DNA of 64,000 bases from Rhina ancylostomus. Taxonomy: Eukaryota. Numbering within the stretch: position 1 is the first letter of the stretch; every line of letters starts with the position of its first letter. The position numbers and the translations under genes are program-made. This document shows positions 1-11,012 of this stretch, piece after piece. Under the pieces are notes generated by a model. That model was not told the DNA's origin. It ran no database searches and was given only the letters and a program-made list of their open reading frames with translations. The stretch spans positions 12,134,630 to 12,198,629 of the forward strand of contig JARFYF010000029.1 of NCBI GenBank assembly GCA_030265395.1. The letters are read 5' to 3'.

Positions 1-211
1 AGGAGAAAGAAAGATTTGTGAACATTGTTTGGATTAGAGCATTTTACTATTTGTGTAACTACATTAAGTTGAGTTCCTGTAGATTTCCATAAAAATCAAT
101 GGTATTGAAAAACAGTGCATCCCTTTAGGACGTATTTTAATTAATATTTTAACTTCTCTCTTCTGTTGAATGCTCTTGAATTGATTGATATGAGTAAAGG
201 CACAACCGCAG

Positions 212-343
212 CAGAACCTCTGGTTATAGACTGTAGCAAAATTCATGTGGGTGAAGGTGCTATAATTGTGGACTGTTCCAAATATACTACTACAGAAAGC
301 CTTACACCAAATATTTCTGGTCCATCACTTAAGACACCAGAAG
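212..343 (+). CDS. IQUB: IQUB putative N-terminal exon A (AEPLVIDCSK...SLKTPE), phase 1-1, 132 nt
   Basis: Open frame. CAG/CAG tandem acceptor at 209-214 (an alternative AAG acceptor at 197-199 is in the same phase). Donor GAAG|GTAATG at 343/344, in phase with downstream exons. Acceptor is weak and an in-frame ATG lies at 190. Confidence 0.6.
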
Positions 344-1049
344 GTAATGTACAACTTTACTTAGTAGCGAGGTGCCTTTGAAATGTTTAGCTTTACTATA
401 CTCAAATTACTAGTTGGGATTTGTAAGCAATAATTGTGTACTTATGTCTGCAGTAGCACCATGTATTCTATCACAACTGGGTAAGGAATTCCTGACTTGT
501 TGAACACAGAAGACAGTGATTTACATTTCCTTTTCTTCAACTATAGTACTTTTTGAAAGCTTGTTGCTTTTGTAGTGACCAGGCCAACATTCCTCCTTTA
601 AACTAAAGCAACAAAATGATAAAGTAACTGATCATTCATTTGCACAGATGGCACTTAATCTGCTGAGTATTTCCAGCATTTTATCATTTTATTTCAGATT
701 TTCACCATCTGCAGTTTTTTGCTTTTTGATCACTCAGTATATCGCTGTGTACAAAATGGCTAAAACATTAGTAAACGTGGAGATGGGTTCAAAATTCAAA
801 ACAGAGAAACATGACCCCAAATCTCCAGCTACCTGCTTCAATGGAAGCAGATTGGTTTGTGGGTGATTAGTCTGGTTTACAGAAGCAATCCCGTCATTTA
901 AATATTTCAGCCAAACTCACTATGATCCTGATTCAAAAGACTGGTTCTCCTGTTAAGTGGGGTAGGACTTCCATAGAGTAATATCACAGATTGAGAGGTA
1001 GCAAATATGGAGCGCTACTTAAGAAAGGAGAGGTTGAAAAATGATGAAT

Positions 1050-2393
1050 TACAAATTAGTTAATCTGACATCAGTCGGAGGGAAAGTACTGAAATTAAAG
1101 AAGTGATAACAGGGCATTTAGAAAATGATGGGGGATTGGGTGGAGTCAACTTGGATTAATGAAAGAATATTATGTATGACAAACCTGTTAAAGTTTTTTG
1201 TAACAATAAGAATAGATGAGAGTGGATATGATGGACTTTCAGTAGGTCTTTAATAATGTGCTGTAGGAGAGGTTATTAAACAAAATTAGAGCATAAAGGA
1301 GTATGGTAATGTTCTGGTGTGGATTGAGGATTGGTGATGGATAGAAAACAGAGTAGCAATGAACTGGTGATTTTTGGGTTGGAAAGGTGTGACTAGTGGC
1401 ATGTCCCCAGTGTTCAGTCCTGGGGCCCCAGGTGTTGACAATCCATACTATTGAGTTGGATGATGCAAATCTGGGTAGCAATGGGAATTGTGAGAATGGT
1501 ACAGAGAGGGGCTGGCAGGCATGAGAAGGTGGGTAGATATGGACTGCTGAATGAATGGGCGAGGAAATGGCAAATGGAGTATAAAGTGGAAAAACATGAT
1601 GTCATCCACTCTGGTAGAAAAACACAGAAAAGTGAGTGTTTTTTGAAATGGTAAGAGAATGTCGATATTCAGGGTGATTGATGTATCCTTGTGCATCAAT
1701 CACTGACAGTTACTAAGCAGGTAAAGCAAGCAATCTGGAAGACAAATGGAATATTTTTTATAAGAAAAGGATTTGAACCCAAGATTAAAATGTCATATTC
1801 CAATCAGATAGGGCTTTGAAGAAAACACAGGTGGAATATTGTGTATACATCTTCTTCCCTTATCTAATGGAGGATTAACTTATGATAGAGGGAGTGTAAG
1901 AAAGTTTCACCAAATTGTTTCTTTTTATAGGAGTTGTTCTAAGAGGAGAGATGAGGTAGATTGGACCTATATTCTTTAGAGTTTGGAAGAATGAAGAGTG
2001 ATGTAATTGAATCAGACGTAACTCTTACAGGGTAGATACAGGGATGATATTTCACCTGGCTGAGGAGACAGAACCGGGCCCACATTCTGAAAATAAGGTG
2101 TTAGCTATTCAGGACTGAGAAAAGACCATATTTCCCCACCAGGAAGATGGTGAATCATATGAATTTCTTTGCTTATGAGGACTGTGGAGATCCGGTTACT
2201 AATTATATTCAAGATGGAGATCAATAGATGTTTGGATATTGAGGGAATCAAGAGATATGAGATTAGTACAATAAAGTGGCACAGTTTAAAAGATTAATCA
2301 TGATCATATTAAATGATGGTTCAAGTGTGAGGAGCTGTTCTTCCTATTCCTGTGAGGGACTGAATGGCCTTCTTCTAGTCTTCATGTTCCTAT
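1050..2393 (+). mobile_element. CR1 LINE, 5'-truncated and decayed (RT domain to 3' UTR)
   Basis: Degenerate CR1 RT motifs (DFQxAF-, VTSGVPQGSVLGP- and WxxxWQM-like) and a 3' end GAATGGCCT..TGTTCCTAT. Confidence 0.85.
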
Positions 2394-2399
2394 ATTGAG

Positions 2400-2740
2400 C
2401 ATTCAAGCAATTTTCTGCCCAAAAGTCACTTGATTCGCTTGGTGCCCAACAATCTATTAATCTTGGCCCTGAATGTGTTCAATGGATTAGCATCCACTCT
2501 GAGTTAGGGAACATAAAATTCACAATCCTCAGAATAAAGAGAACTATCCTTGCCTCAGCTGTAAATCTGTTTATCCTAAGATTATGCCTACTCTCTAGAT
2601 GGACTCTCCAGCCAGAGGAAACAGCCTCTCCACATCTACTCTTGTCTGTCTGTGCTCCTAATCAATACAAGCAAATCTCTCCTCATAGGACAATCCCCTC
2701 TTCTGAGGATTCAATCTTGTGAATCAGTGCTGCAACATGA
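2400..2740 (-). mobile_element. CR1 LINE 3' fragment
   Basis: Reverse-complement CR1 3' motifs (CCAGCCAGAGGAAACAGCCTCTC). Confidence 0.6.
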
Positions 2741-3319
2741 AGATACGGTTGCTTGTATAATGGAATATTTGCTAAGCAGGAGTTCTAATCCCGCACAGCA
2801 CAGTTAACTCCTGCCTCTTCATACCAGTATGGTTCTGGCAGTGTTTTGTAGGGAAAATATAGAACACAGATGTCAATCTGCATAGGTCTTGGCAATTATT
2901 ACATGAATTTATCATACTTATGAATATTTTCCAGCACTAATTCAAGTCAGGACAAAAGCATCCTCTATATTGTTTCAGCACAATTGAAAGTATATTGTGT
3001 TTCTAGTTTTTTGCACACATAGCTGACCGGGAGACATTTGAGACAAGGAAGTTCACAGATCTCAAGTTCTCTCTGCGGTTGAGGTAGAGATGTGGGAAAT
3101 GGCCTCTGTGCTGGGAGTGCCTGGAGGTCAGCCAGAGTCCATATGAAGAGCAGAGGCCACTATCATCTATATTTGAAATACCTGAGACCCATTACTGATA
3201 CTTGTGGTATCCCATTAGTAGCTGCCTGCTGAGCCGGAAACAGCTTGTTTATTTCTAATTTGTTCAGTATTGTTTAATTAATCCTCTCTTCATGCTAATG
3301 TATTATTCCCAACCCCAAA

Positions 3320-3930
3320 AATAATTTGTGTGGTGCTTCTAGAAAATCCAAAAATGATGAGTGCACTTGTTTTCCCTTGCCTATTTTGATAATTCCATGC
3401 CCAAAGCACTTAATTAGATTTATCATACTTGTTTTCCTTTCCCTAAAGCCATGTCGAATTGGCCTAAGCATATTATAATTTTCTCAGAGCCTTGACCGAA
3501 TAAACTGGTCTATCTTGAAGAGAAGTTTTTTTACATTTGCTACCTTTCATTCTGCTGGGACCATTCCAGGATATGGTGAATTTGAAAAGATCATCATTAT
3601 TGTAGTCACCATCTCAGCAGCCATTTCTTTTAGCACCAAGATGCAAACTATCAGGTCTTAACACTTTCTCAGCTTTTAGTTTGGTACTTCGTCTTTAATG
3701 GTGTGAATTATTTTAAAATTATTGACACCATTAGACCCCTGGCTCCCTACTATATCTGCTATGGTTATTGCTTCTTCAACAGTGAACACAGACACTGTAT
3801 TTGTTTAAAGCTTCAGCTATTATTTCTATATTCTGCAGCATAATAATTTCTTCTTCTGTCCCCAATGGGTCCACATTTAATATTGCTGCTATTTCTCTTT
3901 TTATATGATTGTAGGAGCTTTTACAGAGAG
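3320..3930 (-). mobile_element. CR1 LINE internal fragment
   Basis: Reverse-complement of the RT N-terminal region (GAAAATCCAAA...TTTTCCTTTCCCTAAAGCCATG). Confidence 0.6.
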
Positions 3931-4151
3931 CTTGCATGAGATGGAAAGATACGTAGTTGCAAAAGTGCAGTTATAAACAATTGGCTGCTTGGGGTATTGA
4001 CACAGTTATCTATTAAGTTGCATAGGAATTGTTCGCTATTGATATCCACTACATTCAGACAGCATTGTATCTTTTAAAGACTTAATTTTAATAAATGTTT
4101 TCATATCTCTTTTGAATTTTCTCAAACTAATGAATACAAATGATGCAATAG

Positions 4152-4271
4152 CAGGAGGACTTACAAGTATAGATGACAGCAATAAAGGTGTGGAGGAAGA
4201 TGTTGCACGTTTGGATTCTACTAAATATACTGCTCCAACTGTCCCTGATCAATTAAATGAACAGTCAGAAG
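4152..4271 (+). CDS. IQUB: IQUB putative N-terminal exon B (AGGLTSIDDS...LNEQSE), phase 1-1, 120 nt
   Basis: TAG/CAG acceptor at 4149-4154 with a CTAAT branch-like motif about 20 nt upstream. Donor GAAG|GTAATT. Paralogous to exon A including the flanks. Confidence 0.6.
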
Positions 4272-4599
4272 GTAATTTATAATTAGTAGCAAAGTGCTTT
4301 TCAGATGTTTAATTATAGTTCAATTTATTAACTGTGATTTGTAAACAAAATATGTGAACATGAGCATCAAAGTCTTCCTTTCTCCCAGAACATTGTGATA
4401 TTTCACTCAGAATGGTGATTCAAGTTTATTTTTCTGAATTATCTCTTTCTAAGTCATCTTCATCATCCACTGCTTGGACTGAATCTTTTTTAAATCTAGA
4501 ATTTAAAGTAACTATTCTAATATTCCTTTCTCAACTTCTCCACGACAAAAAAAACCCCACAAAACCCCGGTGTAGTCAATTGATAAGACTAATGATGAA

Positions 4600-4940
4600 C
4601 CAAAACATGAAAGGAAAGAACAGATTACGCACACAAGATTGCAGCTGCAAACAGGATCAGAGCAGGGAAAAATAGTAAGAGAATACAAAAGTATGTTTTT
4701 CGAATGTCCACGCCATTCATAAAATAGGTGAATTGCTGACACAAATAGAAATAAATGTGGATGTTTTCATAACCATTACAGAGATGTGGTTGCATGGTGA
4801 CCAATGCTGAGAAACAAATATTCTGAGGTACCTGATATTTTGGAAGAAAAAGGTGCGGTAGCTCTATTAATAAAATGTGGTCTTTATAATAGTAAAAGAA
4901 ATGATTTTATCTTGGAGGGTAAAGATGTAGAATCAGTTTT
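4600..4940 (+). mobile_element. CR1-type LINE AP-endonuclease fragment
   Basis: Degenerate N.RSI.NK..EL....I.ITExWL motif (ATAACCATTACAGAGATGTGGTTG). Confidence 0.65.
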
Positions 4941-5289
4941 GCCTGAAGTTCTGTACCACCATGCAAGTGTTCACTGCAAAATTCACAAGAGCTCTTTAGG
5001 GGCTTAGCTGGAAATTTCATTTTCCCCTTCTTTGGTACAACTTCAAGGACATGCTCTCAATTATTGGCCCTTTGCACTTTGTTGAAAATATGATAAAACC
5101 TGGATGATATGTGGAAATTGAAGCATTGATAGAATGACCAGATTGAGTCTTGGCATTTGTTCAAATGAGCACTTAGAATATTTACTTTAGAGAAACGTAG
5201 ATTAGTGCAGGTATGGTTTTAGGTTTTCAAAATACTGCAAAGATTGGAGTTCATCTAGTTTTATACATATTTAGACATTTTTCCATATG

Positions 5290-5590
5290 ATAGAGGGAGG
5301 CCATTTGACCCACTGAGTCCATGCTATCTTTCAGTGTATTCCCCTATTCATTTCCCTATAACCTATTCTTTCTGACATGCCCATCAACTTCTGGTTCTCC
5401 TGGCCCCCCCCCCCCACATACACTAGGGGTAATTTATAATTGCTGATTAACCTACCAGCATATCTTTAGGACGTGGGAGGAAACTGGTCATAGGGAGGAT
5501 ATGCAGACTCCATAGCATTGGAGGTTAGTGTCAAACCCATTCACTACAGATGTGTGGCAACAGTGTTAATTTTGCGTCATTGCACTACCA
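5290..5590 (-). mobile_element. tRNA-derived HE1/V-type SINE, diverged
   Basis: Reverse-complement core (GTGGGAGGAAACTGG...GCAGACTCC) and CR1-like tail. Confidence 0.75.
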
Positions 5591-5839
5591 TTATTTATTT
5601 ATTTGAGGCAAATCGTGATGATGGGAGAAGTTGTTACCTGAACTGGTGAGATTTGATGGGCTCTGATGGTTTTTAGTTTAATCTTTATGAATTATGAATC
5701 CATTTGTTAGTATGAGCATAGAAACGTATTGCATCTTGGTTTACTGCATTTGTTCATATAAGTTGCATCAGCAGTAATGAGATTTACTAATTTTTATTAA
5801 AAATATTATTTTCTCACCCACGTTACCTTGTGTGTCCAG

Positions 5840-5965
5840 CAATTGAACCTTCTTTAACTTGTGAGGAATTGAAGGAGAAACTAGAGGCACAGATCCAAGC
5901 TATTGAGGAAGTGCATGGCAAAATTGAACCAGCAGAGAGCGAGTCGCCAGTTTCCAAAACAAAAG
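5840..5965 (+). CDS. IQUB: IQUB N-terminal exon C (AIEPSLTCEELKEKLEAQIQ...VSKTK), phase 1-1, 126 nt
   Basis: TCCAG acceptor, AAAG|GTAAAG donor, open acidic helical peptide in phase with neighbouring exons. Confidence 0.75.
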
Positions 5966-6699
5966 GTAAAGCTGACAACCAAAGGTTTGAATGTTATAGT
6001 TCATTTATGAGAAAATACTATTGATATAAACAAAACGAATCATATAATTTTCAGAAATAACCACCGAACATGTTGTTTTCCAGTGAATGTGATAAGGCAA
6101 TCTGTTCCCAAGGCTATTTTACGTTTAGATGGTTGCTAGTGTGTTGGAGTGGTACTTAAGTCTCAGGCCATTTGAAGAATTAGTGGAGTTTGTGTTAATG
6201 AGGCAAAGTATTTTTTCTCATGTACAGACAGGAAGCAATGTAGCCCTGATGATTGCTATGAAGTCTGATCAGTGCCATGATTGATCAGTCTGTTCCATAG
6301 CATTGGACGGCATAGGAGTGGGGGTGGAGGAGAGGCTATCATCACTGCATCATTAATCCCGCTCCCACCCCAATATATCCCCTTGTGCTCTATTCTCACC
6401 TTTCCCCCGCCACACCCCATTTTACTGATTTCCAAGGCAGCATATGTGGTCACTGTGGAAAGATCAGATCTGGTTCTCAGTGGGCAGTGCACAAAGAGAC
6501 ACCAGCTTTTGTCAGCTGCCACCTGTGAAAGTATGTTGGGCCTTAACTCTTTTTGAAGGGAGTAAATCACAACAATGATTCCTTAAAGCGACAATGTTGT
6601 ACTTTTGCTTTTTTTATTGCCTGTGATTTGGCACAAGGCCAAAACATAGCGTCTATTTATTGTAGCAAAAATGATTAAAGTACAAAGTCTAGACAAAGA

Positions 6700-7085
6700 A
6701 ACTTGATATCGTCCAGAGCAAAGGAGGCTACTTGATTGCCACCCTATTTAGCACCTTAAACATTCAATCTTCCCACCATGGCTGTAGTGTGTATAATCTA
6801 CAAAATGCTCAGCAGTTATTTGCCAAGGCCACTCCAATAGCACCTTCCAAATCTGTGACAACAGGATCCTGTCCAAGTCGCACACCAACCTGACTAGGAA
6901 ATATATTGTCATTCATTCATTGTCGCCAAATATACATCCTGGAACACCCCACTCAGCAACACCGTTAGAGAGGTTGCTATGGTTCAAGAACTCACCTCAC
7001 CAGTACCTTCTCGGAGACAGATAAGAATGGGCATTAGATTCTGGCCTTGCCAATGACACTCACCTGCTGTAAATGAATAAATATT
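6700..7085 (+). mobile_element. CR1-clade LINE 3' fragment (second subfamily)
   Basis: Ends ...GGGCATTAGATTCTGGCCTTGCCAATGACACTCAC...AATGAATAAA. The same family lies in reverse at 46690-47480. Confidence 0.65.
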
Positions 7086-7262
7086 AACAATAAGGTTTTG
7101 CTTATCATTATCAAAATGGTCACTTATATTTGTAGAACCATACTCTGGCCAGAATTGTCAATAAGCATCTTTCAAAAAGAAGCAGTAAATTGTGGGGGAA
7201 AAAAAAGAGGCCAGTGGAAACTTAATTTTTTTTCCATTTATTTTTTTTCTGGTGCTATTTAG

Positions 7263-7394
7263 CTGCTGAATGTTTGCTTTTACAAACACCTGGTACTGCT
7301 GCTGATAGAGACTTAAAAAAAAGATCTGTATTAAAGTCATATCCTGCTCCACCAAAGACCCCATCACCAGACTTTGCCAGTAGTACAGCCACAG
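7263..7394 (+). CDS. IQUB: IQUB exon D (AAECLLLQ...PDFASSTAT), phase 1-1, 132 nt
   Basis: Strong poly-T tract then TTTAG acceptor; consensus donor ACAG|GTAAGT. Joins the next exon to give ATVKV, the start of the IQUB ubiquitin-like domain. Confidence 0.85.
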
Positions 7395-7861
7395 GTAAGT
7401 GTTTATACTTAATAATTTTCTGTTGTGTCTTTGTTATTTTGTGTAGTTCAACTGATTTGACAGGAGGAGTTATAATTTTATTTTAATCAGTGTTATATAT
7501 GGCAACTGTGTGGTATATAATGGTTCATAATATGCATATTGCTTCTGGATATTTGTATCTTGGCTGTACTTCTGCAAACCAGCAAGGTGTTTTTGCAGTA
7601 ATGGAAACTGTAAGGAAGCAGAAAAAATTTGGATTCTACAAATGCTTCCTTTCAGTAAATTTTAATTCTGGCATAAAAATATTTGTATACTTTTTGGAAG
7701 GGGTGTTTGCATGCTAATTTTGTTCAACATTATGTACCAGCTGATAATTTAATTTTCTTTTGCTTTTATGGAATGCATTACTATATCTAATTGAACACTT
7801 CTAGAAGTTTTGTCATTCAATAAGTGTGCAGACTTATTTATTGTATTGCTTTTTAATTCAG

Positions 7862-7996
7862 TTAAAGTTGCTCTGCTTCCTTCTGATGATGTTATGACAG
7901 TGGCACTACCAATCTGCCTCACAGTAGGAAAGTTAAAATCACGATTTGGAAGACAATTGAAATTACCCGCACAGGTGTTGCAAATAACATGTGATG
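7862..7996 (+). CDS. IQUB: IQUB exon, ubiquitin-like domain first half (VKVALLPSDDVMTVALP...LQITCD)
   Basis: TTCAG acceptor, ATG|GTAAGC donor; peptide matches the IQUB ubiquitin-like fold. Confidence 0.93.
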
Positions 7997-9167
7997 GTAA
8001 GCCTGAAGCAATAAAATATTCCCGTGATAGTATAAAAAATGATGTATGATTGCTGAATTGCTATAAAACTTTTCTCTAAGACGTAGAATCTTCTTGCATA
8101 GTAATCACCTATTTGACCTGTCTGTTCTATNNNNNNNNNNNNNNNNNNNNNNNNNNNNNNNNNNNNNNNNNNNNNNNNNNNNNNNNNNNNNNNNNNNNNN
8201 NNNNNNNNNNNNNNNNNNNNNNNNNNNNNNTTGACCTGTCTGTTCTATGGCATTATTTTTAACAGCAAGTCACCTAATCTAATCCTACTCCAGACTGCTC
8301 CCTAAATACTCTTAATGTAACACTACTTGCGGACTCTACACTTTTGAGAATTCTGATTGGCTTTGCTACAATGAGATTCTTTTTTTTATTATAACCTCTT
8401 TGTGATACCTAGAACTTCTGCCCTCTCATCATAACCTTTCATTTCAATGAACCTTTTATTATCTTGATGCCTGCTGCTGGGTCATTGCTTGAACTAGTGA
8501 AGAAAACCTTAAACTTCTGGAATTTTTTTAAAAGCTCAGTCCTTACAAGATGTTTAAAAATTTCAACTCTCCCCTATTTTGTATCCTTCCTGTTTGATAG
8601 CACATTTCTGAAAGAAGAAATGAAAATCAAATCTTGTCAAATAAAGAGCCCAATGTTGCAGATGGAAACGTATTCATGAATTGACATTATCTACCAATTC
8701 TGTCCTTGCTGACACCAATATGTTAAATGTTTCACAGTACTGATAAAGACCCAGAATTTCCTTGTGGCAGCTTGCCAACCATGCCTGTTGCTCATCTACC
8801 TGCTAGACCCATGCTTACCTTGGAAAGCTGACTTCCCTTAATCAGGATCCTAGTGCAATTTCCCTCATCAGGTAAATTCTTGTACCTTAGCTGTTAAATA
8901 GCTTGAATGTTTGTGCATGTACTTGACAGATTCACAGACATCCAAAAAAAGTACTAAAATAAAAACTAAACATTGCAATTAAAATTATTTAAAAAAACCA
9001 AAAAATATATACTTTTAATTCCAGATAAATTACCTGAAGCTTTCCTCACTTCCTCATGGTCATTCCTCTCCATTTAAACTTTGGATTTCTCCATAGGGGT
9101 CAGAGCTACAATTTCATTGGGCCAGATCTTGCTGGCTACTGCCAACAATTAGCCATTGAAACAGCAG

Positions 9168-9300
9168 GAGTTCTGATGCGGGGTCTCAACCTGAAATGTC
9201 AATCATCCCTTTACCTCCACAGATGCTGCCTGACCCTCTGAGTTTCTCCAGTAGCTTGCTTTTTACTCCAGATTCCAGCATCTGCAGTCTCTTGTGTCTC
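9168..9300 (+). mobile_element. Penelope-like element terminal segment with degenerate minimal hammerhead motif
   Basis: CTGATGC-GGGGT-CTCA-ACCT-GAAA-TGTC followed by the tail CACAGATGCTGCCTGACC..CTGAGTTTCTCCAG..CCAGCATCTGCAGTCTCTTGTGT. Confidence 0.75.
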
Positions 9301-10844
9301 CTTCAAACAAGAATAATCATCAGGCTATAGTGCTGTCTAATGAAGAAGTCCCAGACTGACAGATTCAGAATGCCTATGCAAGCAGCTTCAAGGATCTGAG
9401 AGCTGATTTCCCTGCATAATGCTGGTGAATTCTAATGAGACTAAACCCATCTGGAATAGCATCAGAACATAGTTGTAGATTAAGCACCCCAAGTATGTCA
9501 GAAAGTACTGGACTCGCAGCATGTGTGCATAATTCCAGGACAAACCTATTTCTAAGCCGACCACTTTTAGCTGCAAAGATGGTGGAGGGCTGTTGGCTGA
9601 GCAATCCTTCCGTGCATGATCTGTGCTGATTTGTGACAAAGAACAATTCAAAATATTGATTATTTGCTCGAAGTTAAGGAGACCACTCTTGGTTTGCAGT
9701 TTAGAGATTTGAAACCACAGATTTTTCACAGTTGCAAGCCACACAAAAAGACAGTCAAAGAAATATATTGATTGAAGGCAAAATAATTTGCCCCAGAAGC
9801 CCACAATATCTGGAAGAAGGTGGGGTATATCTTCATACTCTTTGGTGACAATTGTGTCCACCAGAGAAATGGTAATATTTGTCTTAATACCTGATGATTA
9901 ATACCCAGGAACCAAAACAGTACTTAATAGAGCTTAATTTTGAACTGGATCTCACAGGTGGTTCAGCAGTTCCAGGTGAAGGATGTGCACGTGCTGTATG
10001 TCTGAGATTTCCTAACAGATTTTGGAGTGGGGAGGGGGCTGGTTGGTGGTCAGGTGGTAGTCAATCTGTTGCTGCATTTTGACACTTTACTCCAGGAGAG
10101 CCAAGTCTTGCTGGGATTCCCCAGCATTGTACTGGGAAAACACCTCTCAAATCCTCTGCCAACAGACTAGTGCAGGATCTAAGAGCCCAATGACTTCAGT
10201 GGGGATTCTAGGTCTGTAGACTCAGAGGCAAAAGGTACGGTACATTATTAAAATAATCTTGCTTTAGTTTAATGTTCTTAATTGTAACTTTTTAATGTGT
10301 TTCTAATTAACTTTTTTATTTTTAAAATAATTGTTACTTCAGTTTTCATTATAAATGTCTCAATGTTAAGGAGATTACCAACCCATTAATATGCATGGCA
10401 GCTTTGAAGGAATGCAAAAGTCCAACCTTAGCTTTGCCTTCTATTAGAGAAGTTTTGTAGTTGGAATCTTCTCACCATGGCACCTATGACTCTGTTGTTT
10501 TCTCTGCCAGATTAAAAAGTGAAGACTCCCTCTGCATTCAGCTGATGGGGGTATTGGGAATGGCAATTCCAGGGAGAAGGCCCTGCTGTGAGGAGCAGTG
10601 CCATTTTGACACCAAATTATTTGGAAATAACACATCAGAATTTCATCCAAAACAATGATTTTTTTTCCAAAAACTTTCAAGAACAATTATTTTTTAATAG
10701 GATTATGTTCTACATTTTTTTCTTGAATTATGAATGGTATGTTGCGTCTACAATGAATAAATGAATGAATGTATTATTGAGATTTATTGAATTTCAGCCC
10801 ATTACATGCTCTTACGGCTTCCAGAGTCTCCTCTTACATTGTAG

Positions 10845-11012
10845 GTAAATTGGCAAAAGATTCTGAAACACTGGTAGATTTAGGAGTCAGACCACATGGT
10901 GCTATCCAGCTGGAATTGGCATCAACTGATCCTGAAAACTGTCCAATCAAGCGAATCAGACCACAGCAGGAAGCTACCACATCTGATGTGATAACTGTCA
11001 AAGTTCAGAAAG
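10845..11012 (+). CDS. IQUB: IQUB exon, ubiquitin-like domain second half (GKLAKDSETLVDLGVRPHGAIQLELASTDPE...DVITVKVQK)
   Basis: GTAG acceptor, AAAG|GTAGTG donor; ETLxDLGV ubiquitin-like motif and DVITV motif. Confidence 0.95.

Noticed and set aside
9374-9861. Overlapping ORFs up to 157 aa in an IQUB intron
   Set aside because: No recognisable domain, non-ATG starts, and no splice support.
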